Notes: generated by a model not told the origin, from the letters alone. Shown: positions 52,678 to 63,959, numbered from the stretch's first letter. The stretch: DNA of 64,000 bases from a candidate division WOR-3 bacterium (GCA_039803545.1 JBDRYS010000002.1:68385-132384); one strand, 5' to 3'. Made by a program: numbers and translations.

Positions 52678-55600
52678 CTATTCTTCTTCGCGTTCTGAAG
52701 GTTCTTCCTCCTCTTCCTGGAGGAGTTCCTCTTCCTCCACGACAAGATTTCTATATTTCCTGGTTCCAGTTCCTGCCGGAATCAGATTACCAATAATAAC
52801 ATTCTCGATGAGACCCTCGAGTTTATCCTCTTTCCCCGCTATTGCAGCCTCGGTAAGAACCTTTGTGGTTTCGATAAATGAGGCGGCCGAAAGGAAGCTT
52901 TCGGAAGCCAGAGCGGCTTTCTTTATTCCCAATAACTGGAACTCATAGGTTGCCGGCTTTCCACCTTTTTCACGCACCTCGCGGTTTTCCTCCTCCACAA
53001 CGCTTATATCAACAAGATCACCTTCGATCAAATTCTTTGTATCGCCAGCGTCTTTAATTAGCACCTTCCTCCCCATTTGCCTTACGAAAATTTCAACATG
53101 CACATCTTTAATCTTTACATCAGAGGCCGCATAACTACGCAAAATATTATCAAGGAGGAACTCCTGAGCTTTATCTATTCCCTTAATTCTCAGAATATCC
53201 TTAGGATTGATTCTTCCACCAGTAAGTTGTTCCCCTGCTTCGACCCAATCACCCTCTGCAACCGTTAAATACTGTCCGAAAATCGGATACTCTTTGACCT
53301 CTCCAGAATCGCTGGTTACTTTGATTATATATTTACCTTTGTCACCCTTTTCAATGCTAACCCTTCCGCTGATCTCAGACAGAATTGCATGTTTGAATCT
53401 GCTACCACCATAGGCATAAATGTCAAGAATTGATTCAGTAAAGAGCTCAAGCCAATACTCAATGGCCTGGAACCCAACGGTAATATCCCTTGTGCCAAGA
53501 GCGAGCACGTCTTTAATGGGTAATCTTGCAAGGACATCTCCCGGTTCTACGATATCCCCTTCGTTAATGTCAGCAGATAAAATCGCACCATTGGAGAGCA
53601 ATATCTCCTCGAGAAGTTCACCGGTCTCAGGGTCAACAATGTGCATTCTTGGATACATGGTTGATCTCCTATCGAACTTCACGATCCTTTCCTCTTCTGC
53701 TCCAGTTACAAGGGTCTTGCCAGGGACCAAATCGACGTAAACCACTTTGCCTTTCTTTGTAGCAAGAATTAGATATCTGTAAGGATCCCATTCGCAGAAA
53801 ACCTGACCTTTCTGGATCTTCTGACCATCCTCAACGTAAATCCTTGAGCCATAAGGTACTTCGAATTTCCTCTCGAGTTTTCCATCAGGGGTTCTTATAA
53901 TGATACGAGCCCTCTTACCAACATTTATCATTCCCGACTTTGAGTTGACAACCACTTTTACATTAACGAACTCAACTATACCATCAAAAGGTGCCTCGTG
54001 ATAGGATGCCCCCACCGTCCTTTCGCCAGTACCTCCAGTATGGAAAGTCCTCAAAGTGAGCTGCGTGCTTGGTTCTCCCAGTGATTGTGCTGCCATTACT
54101 CCGACGGCTTCTCCAACCTCAACAAGGTGCCCAGTAGCATGGTTTCTACCATAGCATTTCGCACAAACACCCTTCTTTGCCTTACAAGTAAGCACAGACC
54201 TTACCCATACTTCGGTAATTCCGCTTTCTTCAATTTTCTTCGCTGCTTCCTCGTCAATTTCCTGACCCTCTTCTACGATGACCTCACCGGTAATAGGATG
54301 ATAAATATCTTCCAGTGCTACCCTTCCTACAATCCTTTCAGCGAGGGTAATGAGAGGCTGATTCTTTTCATCAGTCAATGCTGACACCTTTCTCCCTGTT
54401 AGAGTTCCACAGTCTTCTTCCGTTACCACAATGTGGTGAGCAACATTTACCAATCTCCGCGTGTAATAACCGGAAAGTGAAGTCTTCATAGCTGTATCCA
54501 CAAGTCCCTTTCTCGAACCGTGGGTGGAAATGAAATACTCAAGAACTTTAAAACCTTCCTTGTTATTGGAGATAATCGGCACCTCCAGAAGCTGGTTAAT
54601 TTGAGTCTTCACTTTTCCAAGTTTTGCCATGAGACCACGCATTCCAGCCAGCTGCTTGACCTGATCTTCGTTTCCTCTCGCACCCGACTTAAGCATCATG
54701 TAAATGGGGTTAAATCCATCTTTATCCTTTTCCATAACCTTGAGCATTTCTTTCTTGACTTCTTCAGTGGCACGGGTCCATATAGACTGAACCAGGAGCT
54801 GTCTCTCTTTTTCGGAGATCGTTTTCTTCTCGTAAGCTCTTATAACCTTTTCTACCTCTTCCCGAGCCTTCAGGATGATTTCCTTCTTCTTCTCCGGAAC
54901 CACCATGTCGTCCATTCCAAAGGTGATGCCTGCCACCGTTGAATATTTAAAACCAAGTTCCTTCAATGCATCTAGAAGCTCCGCTGTTCTCGCCGGGCCA
55001 AACTTTCTATGAGCCATGGCAACAAGGTTGGAAAGCTGACCTTTCCTCATTTCTTCATTGATAAACCTCAGTTCCTCTGGCAGGGCGTCATTGAATATAA
55101 TGCGTCCCACTGAAGTTTCAATAATCTCATTTCCAAGCTTTACCCTTATCTTTGCACGAAGCCCTACATAGCCATTCTCGTATGCGATAAGCGCCTCTTC
55201 GGGAGAAGAGAAGAGCTTACCTTCGCCCTTATCTCCTGGTAAAATCTTTGTTAAATAGTTTAATCCAAGAACGATGTCACGCGTTGGTGCTGCCAGAGGG
55301 CCTCCATGAGCAGGAGATAAAATATTGTAGATTGAAAGAAGAATCCCGTAACTTTCCAGCTGTGCTTCATAAGAAATCGGCACATAAACAGCCATTGTGT
55401 CGCCATCAAAGTCAGCGTTATAAGCAGGGCAAACAAGTGGATGGAGCCCAATAGCCTTGTTCTCCCAGAGAACTGGCTCAAAAGCCTGAATTGAAGGTCT
55501 ATGAAGTGTTGGAGCTCTATTAAGGAGTACTGGGTGATCTTTGACTATTTTTTCGAGCATCTCCCAAATTGCCGGATCCCTTTGCCTGAGCTTTGCCTCA

Positions 55601-56796
55601 GCCTCTCTGATGCTACTCGCAAGACCGGATTCATTAAGTTTATGCTCCACCATCGGCCTGAATAGCTCAAGAGCCATTTCCTTCGGTAAAGCGACCTGGT
55701 TCATCTTGAGTTCGGGAGCTACGACAATTACGGAACGCCCTGAATAATCTACTCTCTTACCGAGAAGATTTCTCCTCAAAACGCCCTTCTTACCTCTGAG
55801 GACATCCGAAATAGACTTCAGTTTCCTGCCACTCTTAGACAAAACGGGTTTTCTTCTCTTCGAGTTATCCAGTAATGCTTCAACCGCTTCCTGTAAGTTA
55901 CGCTTCTCATTATTTATTATGATCTGAGGAGCTCCCTGTTCCATCAACTGTTTCAATCTATTATTTCTCATTATAACTCGTCTATAAAGCTGATTTATTT
56001 CAGTGGTAGCGATTTGGCCATTCTCGAGGAATACGATGGGCCTGAGGTCTGGCGGAATTACGGGGATAACCTCTAAAATCATCCATTCGGGTCGAGTCTT
56101 AGAATTCAAAAGAGCTTGAACAATCTTATATTTTTTAAGAAACTTGGCTCTCTTGATGGGAGACTGCTCTTTCTTGATTTTAACCCTTAACTCATTCCTA
56201 AGATCTTCAAGATTCATATTGGCGAGGATCTTCTTTATACCCGGAGCCCCCATCTCCGCTTCAAACTGGTTGCCATAGAGCTTCTTGTATTCTTGATATT
56301 CTGAGATGGACAAAACTTGACCCACCCTCAATTTGGCATCAGCCGATTCTCCTCCCTTCATCAAATCTTCTGAAACCTTCGTCACGATGTAAGCGTCATA
56401 GTAAATTACCCTTTCAAGGTCCTTAACACCAAGATCCAAAAGAATACCAATAGGTGAAGGAGTTGCTTTGTAAAACCATATGTGGGCAACGGGGACTGCC
56501 AGCTCTATATGCCCCATCCTCTCTCGTCTAACTCTCTTCTCTGTGACTTCAACTCCACATCTGTCGCACTTTACACCTTTATATTTTCTGCCCTTAAACT
56601 TGCCGCAACTACACTCGTAGTCTTTAATGGGCCCAAAAATCCTTTCACAGAAAAGTCCGCCAGGTTCGGGTTTTTGTGTCCTGTAGTTTATGGTTTCTGA
56701 ATTTGTTACTTCACCATGAGACCAACTTCTGATGGTCTCAGGTGAAGCAATTTTTATCCTTATTGACAACAAATTTTTAGGTAATAATTTTTCCAT
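52678..56796 (-). CDS. rpoC: DNA-directed RNA polymerase beta' subunit
   Basis: 1372 aa; zinc finger CSCGKFKG..C..C; NADFDGD catalytic motif. Confidence 0.97.
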   Translation of the reverse strand: MEKLLPKNLLSIRIKIASPETIRSWSHGEVTNSETINYRTQKPEPGGLFCERIFGPIKDYECSCGKFKGRKYKGVKCDRCGVEVTEKRVRRERMGHIELAVPVAHIWFYKATPSPIGILLDLGVKDLERVIYYDAYIVTKVSEDLMKGGESADAKLRVGQVLSISEYQEYKKLYGNQFEAEMGAPGIKKILANMNLEDLRNELRVKIKKEQSPIKRAKFLKKYKIVQALLNSKTRPEWMILEVIPVIPPDLRPIVFLENGQIATTEINQLYRRVIMRNNRLKQLMEQGAPQIIINNEKRNLQEAVEALLDNSKRRKPVLSKSGRKLKSISDVLRGKKGVLRRNLLGKRVDYSGRSVIVVAPELKMNQVALPKEMALELFRPMVEHKLNESGLASSIREAEAKLRQRDPAIWEMLEKIVKDHPVLLNRAPTLHRPSIQAFEPVLWENKAIGLHPLVCPAYNADFDGDTMAVYVPISYEAQLESYGILLSIYNILSPAHGGPLAAPTRDIVLGLNYLTKILPGDKGEGKLFSSPEEALIAYENGYVGLRAKIRVKLGNEIIETSVGRIIFNDALPEELRFINEEMRKGQLSNLVAMAHRKFGPARTAELLDALKELGFKYSTVAGITFGMDDMVVPEKKKEIILKAREEVEKVIRAYEKKTISEKERQLLVQSIWTRATEEVKKEMLKVMEKDKDGFNPIYMMLKSGARGNEDQVKQLAGMRGLMAKLGKVKTQINQLLEVPIISNNKEGFKVLEYFISTHGSRKGLVDTAMKTSLSGYYTRRLVNVAHHIVVTEEDCGTLTGRKVSALTDEKNQPLITLAERIVGRVALEDIYHPITGEVIVEEGQEIDEEAAKKIEESGITEVWVRSVLTCKAKKGVCAKCYGRNHATGHLVEVGEAVGVMAAQSLGEPSTQLTLRTFHTGGTGERTVGASYHEAPFDGIVEFVNVKVVVNSKSGMINVGKRARIIIRTPDGKLERKFEVPYGSRIYVEDGQKIQKGQVFCEWDPYRYLILATKKGKVVYVDLVPGKTLVTGAEEERIVKFDRRSTMYPRMHIVDPETGELLEEILLSNGAILSADINEGDIVEPGDVLARLPIKDVLALGTRDITVGFQAIEYWLELFTESILDIYAYGGSRFKHAILSEISGRVSIEKGDKGKYIIKVTSDSGEVKEYPIFGQYLTVAEGDWVEAGEQLTGGRINPKDILRIKGIDKAQEFLLDNILRSYAASDVKIKDVHVEIFVRQMGRKVLIKDAGDTKNLIEGDLVDISVVEEENREVREKGGKPATYEFQLLGIKKAALASESFLSAASFIETTKVLTEAAIAGKEDKLEGLIENVIIGNLIPAGTGTRKYRNLVVEEEELLQEEEEEPSEREEE

Positions 56797-56799
56797 AGT

Positions 56800-59700
56800 C
56801 TACTCCGTCTTAAGGTTTACTTTCAAAAACTGCTTTTCTTTTTCTTCTCCAGTTTTTAACTCCACATCAAGGCAAAGACCCCTCAAATGGTTAACAAGCA
56901 CCTTAAAAGATGCTGGGAGTCCAGGTTCTTTAGGCCTCTTACCCAATTGTAATTCTTTGTAAAGCTTGTTTCGCCCTTCGATATCATCCGATTTGATAGT
57001 TAGCATTTCCTGCAACGTGTAAGCTGCACCATGTGCTTCGAGAGCCCATACCTCCATCTCACCAAACCTCTGGCCACCGAAGTGAGACTTTCCACCGACT
57101 GGCTGTTGAGTAATTGAAGAGTAAGGACCAATTGCCCTCGCATGAATCTTATCCTCAACCATATGAATTAGCTTTATCATGTACATGTACCCCACTGTCA
57201 CGGGGTAGTGGAAGTATTCGCCTGTCCTTCCATCTCTCAATCTAACTTTACCTGGATACGTTAAACCCGCCTCTTCCATTTCTTTTTGTATTTCTTCCAC
57301 GGTCATACCCTCGAAAGCAGGGCAAGCGTAATAAACGCCTTTCTTTTTACCAGCCCAACCCAGGATAGTTTCCAAAATTTGACCCACATTCATACGAGAA
57401 GGAACACCGAGGGGGCTCAGAACCACGTCTACTGGTGTGCCATCCTCCAAGAACGGCATATCTTCAACAGGTGCAATCTTTGCAACAACACCCTTGTTTC
57501 CATGTCTTCCGGTAATCTTATCTCCAACCTGAAGTCTTCTCTTTTGGGCAATGTAAATTTTGATTAGCTGATTTACTCCTGGAGGTAGCTCATCACCCCT
57601 TTCGATCTCCTGAATCGTCTGGTTCAATTTCTCTTCAATTTCTTTTTCTCTCTTATCATAGTCCTGGATAAGGTTCTTAATTCGAACCAGCTTTTCTTCA
57701 GAAATAACCGGGAGATCATAATTCAGCCTTGTCAAGTCAACGCGCTTGTTAACCATGAGGTCTTCCAAGAGCTCCCTTGTCACAAGCGTCCCCTTAGGCA
57801 AAATAACGGTTCCGTCTTTTGCCTTCAAATCATCGTTAAGAACTTCATCGATCAGCATCTCAACAATAAAGTCTCTCAATCTTGTCTTAAGTAACCTCTT
57901 CTCTTCCTCTGCTCGCCGGTATGCCTTTTCTTTGCGCTCCATAATAACCTTTAGTGAAAGTGGATCATTCTTTGTTTTAGTAAGTATCACAACATCAACT
58001 ACATAACCTGAAACCCCTGGGGGTACTCTCTTCGAAGTATCTTTAACGGGCTGGTCATATCCCACAATGGCAAGAAGCAACTTCTTTTCCGGTGATAGTT
58101 CTTCTTCCTCACCCTTAGGCGTAACTTTACCCACTAAAATATCCCTTGGCTTAACCTCAACTCCAACACGGATGATTCCGAAATTATCAAGATTCTTTAA
58201 ATCTTCTTCCATCACTCCCGGGATCTGATTAGTCACCTCTTCGGGACCAAGGGAAGTTTCCCTCACTTCCACTTCGAATTCAAGGATGTGGATGGACGTC
58301 AAAGCATCTTCTTTGAGAATATTCTCAGAGACAACAATAGCGTCTTCATAGTTATAACCATACCAAGGTACGAAAGCCACCAGCAGATTTTTTCCAAGTG
58401 CCAACTCTCCATTCTTGGTGGCAGCAGCATCCGCAATAATATCACCAGCCTTGACCTTGTCACCCACCTTAACAATGGGCTTCATGTTGATCAGTGTATT
58501 CTGGTTGGACCTTCTAAATTTTATCAGTTTGTACTCTTCAATTTCATCCTCAAACTTGGAGAGTTTCTTTCCCCTTTTTGAAACCCTCACAAGAATTCTC
58601 TTGGAATCAACAAAAACAACCGTGCCACTGTTTCTTGCAGTGAGGAGAGTTCCAGAATCTCTCGCAACCTTAGCCTCCATTCCCGTTCCCACTATTGGAG
58701 GTTCAGGATCAATCAAAGGAACCGCTTGCCTCTGCATGTTACACCCCATCAACGCCCTGAGAGCATCATTATGCTCAAGGAAGGGAATAAGCGAAGCGGA
58801 AGGTGAAATCACCTGACGTGGTGAGACATCTATGTAATTTACTTTTTCTCTATCCACCTCGATATAATCGTCCTTATAACGTACCCAAACCTTTTTATCT
58901 TTTATAAGGCCAGTCTCAGGGTCATACTCTACATCTGCAGATGCTACATAGGCATCCCTTTCCTCGTTCCTACTGAGCTCCACGATTTTATCAGTAACTC
59001 TCCCGTTTTCTACAACCCTCAGAGGGGTCTTAATAAAACCATATTCATCAACCTTAGCATAGGTAGTAAGTGAATTAATTAATCCAACGTTTTGACCTTC
59101 CGGCGTTTCGATGGGACACAATCTACCATAATGAGATGGGTGAACGTCTCTCACCTCAAACCCAGCGGTCTCCTTGGTTAACCCGCCTCTACCGAAAGCA
59201 GAAATACGTCTCTTATGGGTAAGCTCAGAAAGTGGATTGGTCTGGTCAAGGAATTGGGACAAGGTATCACGCATGAAGAAGTTAATCAAAGAGTTAGTAA
59301 TTACCTTAGGATCAATGAGAACCTTAGGTACAATCCTCGACTCATCAGAAATTGAAAGAATTTTTTCGGCAATATTCTTTACCAATTTCTTACTGAAAGC
59401 ATCTCTGATTTGTTCATAAAGAAGCTCACCGACACTGCGGATCCTTCTATTAGCGAGGTCATCAATATCATCCGGCTCCTCTTCGCCTTTGTACAATCCC
59501 ACAAGCTTTTTCACAACCTCAACAATATCTTCAATAGTAAGAACATGTTCAGTCTTCTTCTGATTCCCGTAGAGTCTTAAGTTAAACTTGTACCTTCCAA
59601 CTTCCCCAAGGTAGAAATAGGCTTCGCTCAAGAAAAAGTTTTTAATGAAAGTTCTTGCCTCTTCTAAATCGCTCGGTGGCTGGCTAAACTTCAAAGTCCT

Positions 59701-60621
59701 ATAAATGTTTCCAATGGCATCAGCTTCTTTCTTTAATCTGTCTTGTCTATAAGTTGTGTAAAGGACACTACCTTCCGGCGTTTCAACATCAAATACCTCG
59801 ACCCTTTTAATATTTCTTTCCTTCAACTCCTTCAGGATGGTTGAATTCAATAGTTCAAGGGCTTCAAAAAGAACCTCACCAGTATTTGTATCTACAATAT
59901 CTTTTGCAAGAATATACCTTTCAAACTCCTTTATCTCATCCACATCAAGTTTTTGAACCTCAAGGAACATCTTAAAGATCTCAACAAAGGGTAATCCGGT
60001 AAGCGCCCTAAAAAACCTCGTGAAGGGGATCTTTCTTCTTTTGGAAACGGTTACGGTAAGATTCTTGTTACCGTCAATAACAAATTCAACCCATGGACCT
60101 CTGTAAGGTACCAATAACGCTCTGCAAGGAAGAGACTCACCTTCAATTTCAGGACCTTCGAAGTAAACACCGGGTGATCTATGAATCTGGCTAACGAGTA
60201 CTCTTTCCACTCCGTTTATAACAAAGGTACCACGGCATGTCATATATGGGATCTCACCCATATAGACTTCTTGGGTAACACTTTCTTCAAATTCCTTAGT
60301 TTCAGGATTTTTCTTTGACAACCTGAAGACCGCTCTTAGTGGAACAGAATAGGTCAAATTTTTCTCCTTACACTCTTCTGGTGTAAGGCGTGGAGTTCCG
60401 ACAGAATAATCGATGTACTCAAGTTTATAAATACCGTTTTTATCTGTCACAGGGAAGAATTCTCTGAATATATATTCCAAACTGCCCAATGGCCGTTCTT
60501 CTTTTGGAACCCCTTCAGACAGCAACCTTCTGAAGGAGTCCAGCTGAATGAAAAGAAGATCCGGCATCGGGTATTTTTCTGGCTTGTATCCTATCCTTAT
60601 AATTTTGTCCATAATAGACAA
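56800..60621 (-). CDS. rpoB: DNA-directed RNA polymerase beta subunit
   Basis: 1273 aa. The start may be TTG 60621 (GGAGG 6 nt upstream) or ATG 60612. Confidence 0.97.
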   Translation of the reverse strand: MSIMDKIIRIGYKPEKYPMPDLLFIQLDSFRRLLSEGVPKEERPLGSLEYIFREFFPVTDKNGIYKLEYIDYSVGTPRLTPEECKEKNLTYSVPLRAVFRLSKKNPETKEFEESVTQEVYMGEIPYMTCRGTFVINGVERVLVSQIHRSPGVYFEGPEIEGESLPCRALLVPYRGPWVEFVIDGNKNLTVTVSKRRKIPFTRFFRALTGLPFVEIFKMFLEVQKLDVDEIKEFERYILAKDIVDTNTGEVLFEALELLNSTILKELKERNIKRVEVFDVETPEGSVLYTTYRQDRLKKEADAIGNIYRTLKFSQPPSDLEEARTFIKNFFLSEAYFYLGEVGRYKFNLRLYGNQKKTEHVLTIEDIVEVVKKLVGLYKGEEEPDDIDDLANRRIRSVGELLYEQIRDAFSKKLVKNIAEKILSISDESRIVPKVLIDPKVITNSLINFFMRDTLSQFLDQTNPLSELTHKRRISAFGRGGLTKETAGFEVRDVHPSHYGRLCPIETPEGQNVGLINSLTTYAKVDEYGFIKTPLRVVENGRVTDKIVELSRNEERDAYVASADVEYDPETGLIKDKKVWVRYKDDYIEVDREKVNYIDVSPRQVISPSASLIPFLEHNDALRALMGCNMQRQAVPLIDPEPPIVGTGMEAKVARDSGTLLTARNSGTVVFVDSKRILVRVSKRGKKLSKFEDEIEEYKLIKFRRSNQNTLINMKPIVKVGDKVKAGDIIADAAATKNGELALGKNLLVAFVPWYGYNYEDAIVVSENILKEDALTSIHILEFEVEVRETSLGPEEVTNQIPGVMEEDLKNLDNFGIIRVGVEVKPRDILVGKVTPKGEEEELSPEKKLLLAIVGYDQPVKDTSKRVPPGVSGYVVDVVILTKTKNDPLSLKVIMERKEKAYRRAEEEKRLLKTRLRDFIVEMLIDEVLNDDLKAKDGTVILPKGTLVTRELLEDLMVNKRVDLTRLNYDLPVISEEKLVRIKNLIQDYDKREKEIEEKLNQTIQEIERGDELPPGVNQLIKIYIAQKRRLQVGDKITGRHGNKGVVAKIAPVEDMPFLEDGTPVDVVLSPLGVPSRMNVGQILETILGWAGKKKGVYYACPAFEGMTVEEIQKEMEEAGLTYPGKVRLRDGRTGEYFHYPVTVGYMYMIKLIHMVEDKIHARAIGPYSSITQQPVGGKSHFGGQRFGEMEVWALEAHGAAYTLQEMLTIKSDDIEGRNKLYKELQLGKRPKEPGLPASFKVLVNHLRGLCLDVELKTGEEKEKQFLKVNLKTE

Positions 60622-60653
60622 AATTCACCTCCTATAATTTTTTCCAAATAGCT

Positions 60654-60676
60654 AAATGGGGCATAAAGCCCCATTT
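60654..60676 (-). promoter_or_regulatory. rplL-rpoB intergenic hairpin (attenuator / processing-site candidate)
   Basis: AAATGGGGC-ATAAA-GCCCCATTT: perfect 9-bp stem, 5-nt loop, flanked by T-runs on both strands. Confidence 0.5.
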
Positions 60677-60723
60677 TACACCTCATAGAGAGATTGTACA
60701 CAAGGTATACTCGTAGGAGTGTG

Positions 60724-61113
60724 TTACTTAATCTCTACCTTAGCGCCTAATTTTTCGAACTGCTGTTTAATCTTTTCAGCTTCTTCCTTTGAGACTCCTT
60801 CCTTTAAAGGCTTAGGCAGGTTATCCACAAAATCCTTTGCCTCTTTCAAACCGAGTCCGGTCAATGCTCTTACTTCCTTGAGAACATTGATCCTGTCCTG
60901 GCCGGCATCCACAAGAATTACGTCAAACTCAGTCTTCTCTTCTACAACAGCTGCAGGTGCTGCACCACCAGCAGCAACGGGTCCGGCCATAACGGGCATA
61001 GCAGCGGAAACACCGAACTTATTCTCCAGTTCCTTCACAAGCTGTGAGAGTTCCAGTACGGATAAAGACTCGATCATTTCGACTATTTCAGCAACACTTT
61101 TCTTTTCAGCCAT
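60724..61113 (-). CDS. rplL: 50S ribosomal protein L7/L12
   Basis: Start at internal Met [23 protein letters not shown]. The track ORF extends upstream into rplJ. Confidence 0.95.
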   Translation of the reverse strand: MAEKKSVAEIVEMIESLSVLELSQLVKELENKFGVSAAMPVMAGPVAAGGAAPAAVVEEKTEFDVILVDAGQDRINVLKEVRALTGLGLKEAKDFVDNLPKPLKEGVSKEEAEKIKQQFEKLGAKVEIK

Positions 61114-61114
61114 T

Positions 61115-61645
61115 TTACTTAACCTCCTCTTTTTGTTTTCTAATTTGCTCAAGTGCAAAAACTAAGGCCTGTAAAGGCCAGTTCAAAGAATAAACAAGTT
61201 TAAATATTGGTGCATTTAGCGCACCAACAACTTGTGCTTGAAGTTCTTTCTTAGAAGGCAATGTAGCAACAACTTTCAGCTCATCCGGACCAAAAACCCT
61301 ACCGTCTAACCATCCACCTTTGAAAGAAAGCTTTGATATTTCCTTAGAATAATCGAAAGCAACCTTCAGAGGTTCTACCTCATCTTCCATTGCAAACAAT
61401 ACCGCTGTTGGCCCGGGGATAAATTTCTCAATCTCATCCAAATTCTTTTCTTTAAGTGCAAAATACAGCGCAGTATTTTTAACGACTTTCAGGGTTGCAC
61501 CTTTTTCTCTAAGCCTCTTTCTGAGTTCTGTAATCTCGGCAACAGTCAATCCTGCATAATTACAAAGATAAAAAGCCTTCGCCTTATCCAGTTTTTCCTT
61601 CAACTCTTTAACTCTTTCAATTTTTTCCGGTCTAACTTTCACCAT
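61115..61645 (-). CDS. rplJ: 50S ribosomal protein L10
   Basis: Family match. Confidence 0.9.
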   Translation of the reverse strand: MVKVRPEKIERVKELKEKLDKAKAFYLCNYAGLTVAEITELRKRLREKGATLKVVKNTALYFALKEKNLDEIEKFIPGPTAVLFAMEDEVEPLKVAFDYSKEISKLSFKGGWLDGRVFGPDELKVVATLPSKKELQAQVVGALNAPIFKLVYSLNWPLQALVFALEQIRKQKEEVK

Positions 61646-61646
61646 G

Positions 61647-62357
61647 TTATGCCCTCTCCAGTTGTGAATAAATACTATTTAGATCCAATTTAATACTTGG
61701 ACCCATTGTTGTCGTCAGATAGGCTTGCTTGATATAAGTGCCTTTCATAGTCTTTGGCTTTGCGTTGATAAGTTCCTGGAAGAAAGCAAGGATATTCTCT
61801 TTAAGGGCCTCTTCTGGGAAAGAAACTTTACCTACTGGAACATGAACATTGCCGGTTTTATCCACTTTAAACTCAACCCTACCCATTTTTAGTTCTCTGA
61901 CAACGCGTCCAACTTCCTTTGTCACCGTTCCCGTCTTAGGAGAAGGCATCAGACCTCTGGGACCTAAGATTTTTCCAAGTTTTGCAAGTTCCGGCATAAC
62001 TTCGGGGGTGGCAACTAACGCATCAAATTCAAGCCAACCATTCTTAATCTTTTCCATTAAATCTTGATAACCCACATAATCCGCACCTGCTTCAAGAGCC
62101 TCCTTCTCCTCTTCGCCCCTCGTAATTACCGCAACTCTAACACTCTTTCCCAGGCCTCTTGGAAGTACTGCAGACCCCCTTACCATCTGATCTGCCTTTC
62201 TGGGGTCAACACCAAGCAAAACTGCAAGCTCGACAGTCTCATCAAACTTTGCGCTTGCCAATTCCTTTACTTTCTTTATAGCCTCGTCTAAAGGGTACTC
62301 CTTCCCCTTCTCAACCTTTTCCAGCAAAGCCAAATATCTTTTCCCATGCTTAGCCAT
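61647..62357 (-). CDS. rplA: 50S ribosomal protein L1
   Basis: Start at MAKHGKRYLALLEKV. Confidence 0.95.
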   Translation of the reverse strand: MAKHGKRYLALLEKVEKGKEYPLDEAIKKVKELASAKFDETVELAVLLGVDPRKADQMVRGSAVLPRGLGKSVRVAVITRGEEEKEALEAGADYVGYQDLMEKIKNGWLEFDALVATPEVMPELAKLGKILGPRGLMPSPKTGTVTKEVGRVVRELKMGRVEFKVDKTGNVHVPVGKVSFPEEALKENILAFFQELINAKPKTMKGTYIKQAYLTTTMGPSIKLDLNSIYSQLERA

Positions 62358-62358
62358 T

Positions 62359-62796
62359 TTAACCCTCCACCACCTCAATACCCATACTACGAGCAGTACC
62401 TTCAATTATTCTCATAGCAGCTTCAATATCGTTTGCATTCAAATCCTTCATTTTTAATTCTGCAATCTTCCGAATATCCGACTTTTTGACCTTTCCGACC
62501 TTAACCTTATTGGGCTCACCAGAACCTTTTACAATTCCTGCCGCCTTTTTAAGCAATTCGGAAGCCAATGGGGTCTTAACCTCAAAGGTAAAGGACCTAT
62601 CTTTGTAGACAGTAACTATAACTGGTACAACAAGTCCCTGGAGATTTCTGGTTCTGTCATTAAACTCTTTAACAAATTGCATCAAATTAACACCGTGTTG
62701 TCCCAAAGCCGGTCCTACTGGCGGGGCTGGAGTTGCCTGGCCTGCAGGTAACTGTAACCTAACCTGAGCAACAACCTCTTTCTTTTTCGGGGGCAT
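62359..62796 (-). CDS. rplK: 50S ribosomal protein L11
   Basis: [21 protein letters not shown]. Confidence 0.95.
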   Translation of the reverse strand: MPPKKKEVVAQVRLQLPAGQATPAPPVGPALGQHGVNLMQFVKEFNDRTRNLQGLVVPVIVTVYKDRSFTFEVKTPLASELLKKAAGIVKGSGEPNKVKVGKVKKSDIRKIAELKMKDLNANDIEAAMRIIEGTARSMGIEVVEG

Positions 62797-62808
62797 CTTT
62801 GTCCTCCT

Positions 62809-63414
62809 TTATCCAGCTTTTTCTACCCCATCAAAATCTATATAAATAGGGGTAGTCCTGTTCAACAAGTGAATTAAAACCTTCAATTTTCTCTTCTGTG
62901 GATATACTTCCTCCACTGTACCAATCATACCCTCATAGTCTCCTATAAGGACCTTAACCCTTTCGCCCTCAAGATAGGGTACCTTCTGTTCCTTCTTCTG
63001 TTGTTCGATTTCTATCTTCTTCTTCAACTCTTCAACCTCTTCTTCCTTCAGAAATGCATAAATAGGTTCCCCAGTTTTCTCGTCTCTTTTTGTAAGAGCT
63101 CTCATCAAGCGTGTTTCAGCCAGAAGATTAGCAACCTTATCGATCAGTTCCTTATCTCCCTTCACTCCAACGAAAAGATAACCCCTGTAAATGGGCTTTT
63201 CGATATTTACCCTCACCTTTTCCTTTTTGTCACCGCGACCCTTAGTTACTACCTTGGAAATAAATTCGGTGGGCAGGAGAGGTTCAACCACATCCTCAAG
63301 CCCGTGTTCTTTTATGACCTTTTGTGCGGCAATAAAAGCCTTCTTCTCTTTACCTGAGAAAGTTTGGAAGATCAACCACTTTCTCTCGGTAAGTTCTGAA
63401 TTTTTCTCTGTCAT
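62809..63414 (-). CDS. nusG: Transcription termination/antitermination factor NusG (with insertion domain)
   Basis: NGN N-terminus, C-terminal KOW (GERVKVLIGDYEGMIGTVEEV). 201 aa. Confidence 0.9.
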   Translation of the reverse strand: MTEKNSELTERKWLIFQTFSGKEKKAFIAAQKVIKEHGLEDVVEPLLPTEFISKVVTKGRGDKKEKVRVNIEKPIYRGYLFVGVKGDKELIDKVANLLAETRLMRALTKRDEKTGEPIYAFLKEEEVEELKKKIEIEQQKKEQKVPYLEGERVKVLIGDYEGMIGTVEEVYPQKRKLKVLIHLLNRTTPIYIDFDGVEKAG

Positions 63415-63417
63415 ATT

Positions 63418-63600
63418 CTACCCCAAAATGAGCTGTATTAGCTTTGAAATGATAAAATCAACAACAAACATGAACAAAATAAAAAAGAGCGAAATCAATA
63501 TAACACCGAGCGTACCACCCCAAAGGCTCTCTTTCGTCGGCCAGGTTATTTTCATAAACTCTTGATAGGACTCTTTCAAAAACTCAACAATCTTCTTCAT
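63418..63600 (-). CDS. secE: Preprotein translocase SecE
   Basis: 60 aa with a single C-terminal TM. Confidence 0.85.
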   Translation of the reverse strand: MKKIVEFLKESYQEFMKITWPTKESLWGGTLGVILISLFFILFMFVVDFIISKLIQLILG

Positions 63601-63746
63601 ACCTTCGACTCCCTATGAACGGTGTGCTTTCCACAGAATTTGCAAAACTTTTTAAGTTCAACCTTTTCTTTTTTGTCCTTGTTTTTGGTCGAATAATAAT
63701 TTTTCCTTTTGCACTCGGAGCAAACTAAAGCAATTTTCACTCTCAT
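63597..63746 (-). CDS. rpmG: 50S ribosomal protein L33 (C4 zinc type)
   Basis: Not in the track because it is below 60 aa. Manual translation gives [49 protein letters not shown]. Stop overlaps the secE ATG (ATGA). Confidence 0.85.
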   Translation of the reverse strand: MRVKIALVCSECKRKNYYSTKNKDKKEKVELKKFCKFCGKHTVHRESKV

Positions 63747-63760
63747 AACTCCCCCTTATA

Positions 63761-63833
63761 CAGGCCTGGAGGGATTTGAACCCCCAACCACTGGATTTGG
63801 AGTCCAGCGCTCTGCCAAGTTGAGCTACAGGCC
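63761..63833 (-). tRNA. tRNA-Trp (anticodon CCA)
   Basis: Reverse complement AGGCCTGTAGCTCAACTTGGCAGAGCGCTGGA CTCCAAA TCCAGTGGTTGGGGGTTCAAATCCCTCCAGGCCTG. Confidence 0.85.
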
Positions 63834-63885
63834 TATTGAAGTTGCAAAATTATAATTAATTATACCTGAACAGTCAAGTAGCATA

Positions 63886-63959
63886 TGCCCCCGAGAGGAT
63901 TCGAACCTCTGGCCTGCGGTTTAGGAAACCGCCGCTCTATCCTCCTGAGCTACGGGGGC
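63886..63959 (-). tRNA. tRNA-Arg (anticodon CCT)
   Basis: Reverse complement GCCCCCGTAGCTCAGGAGGATAGAGCGGCGGT TTCCTAA ACCGCAGGCCAGAGGTTCGAATCCTCTCGGGGGCA. Confidence 0.8.
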
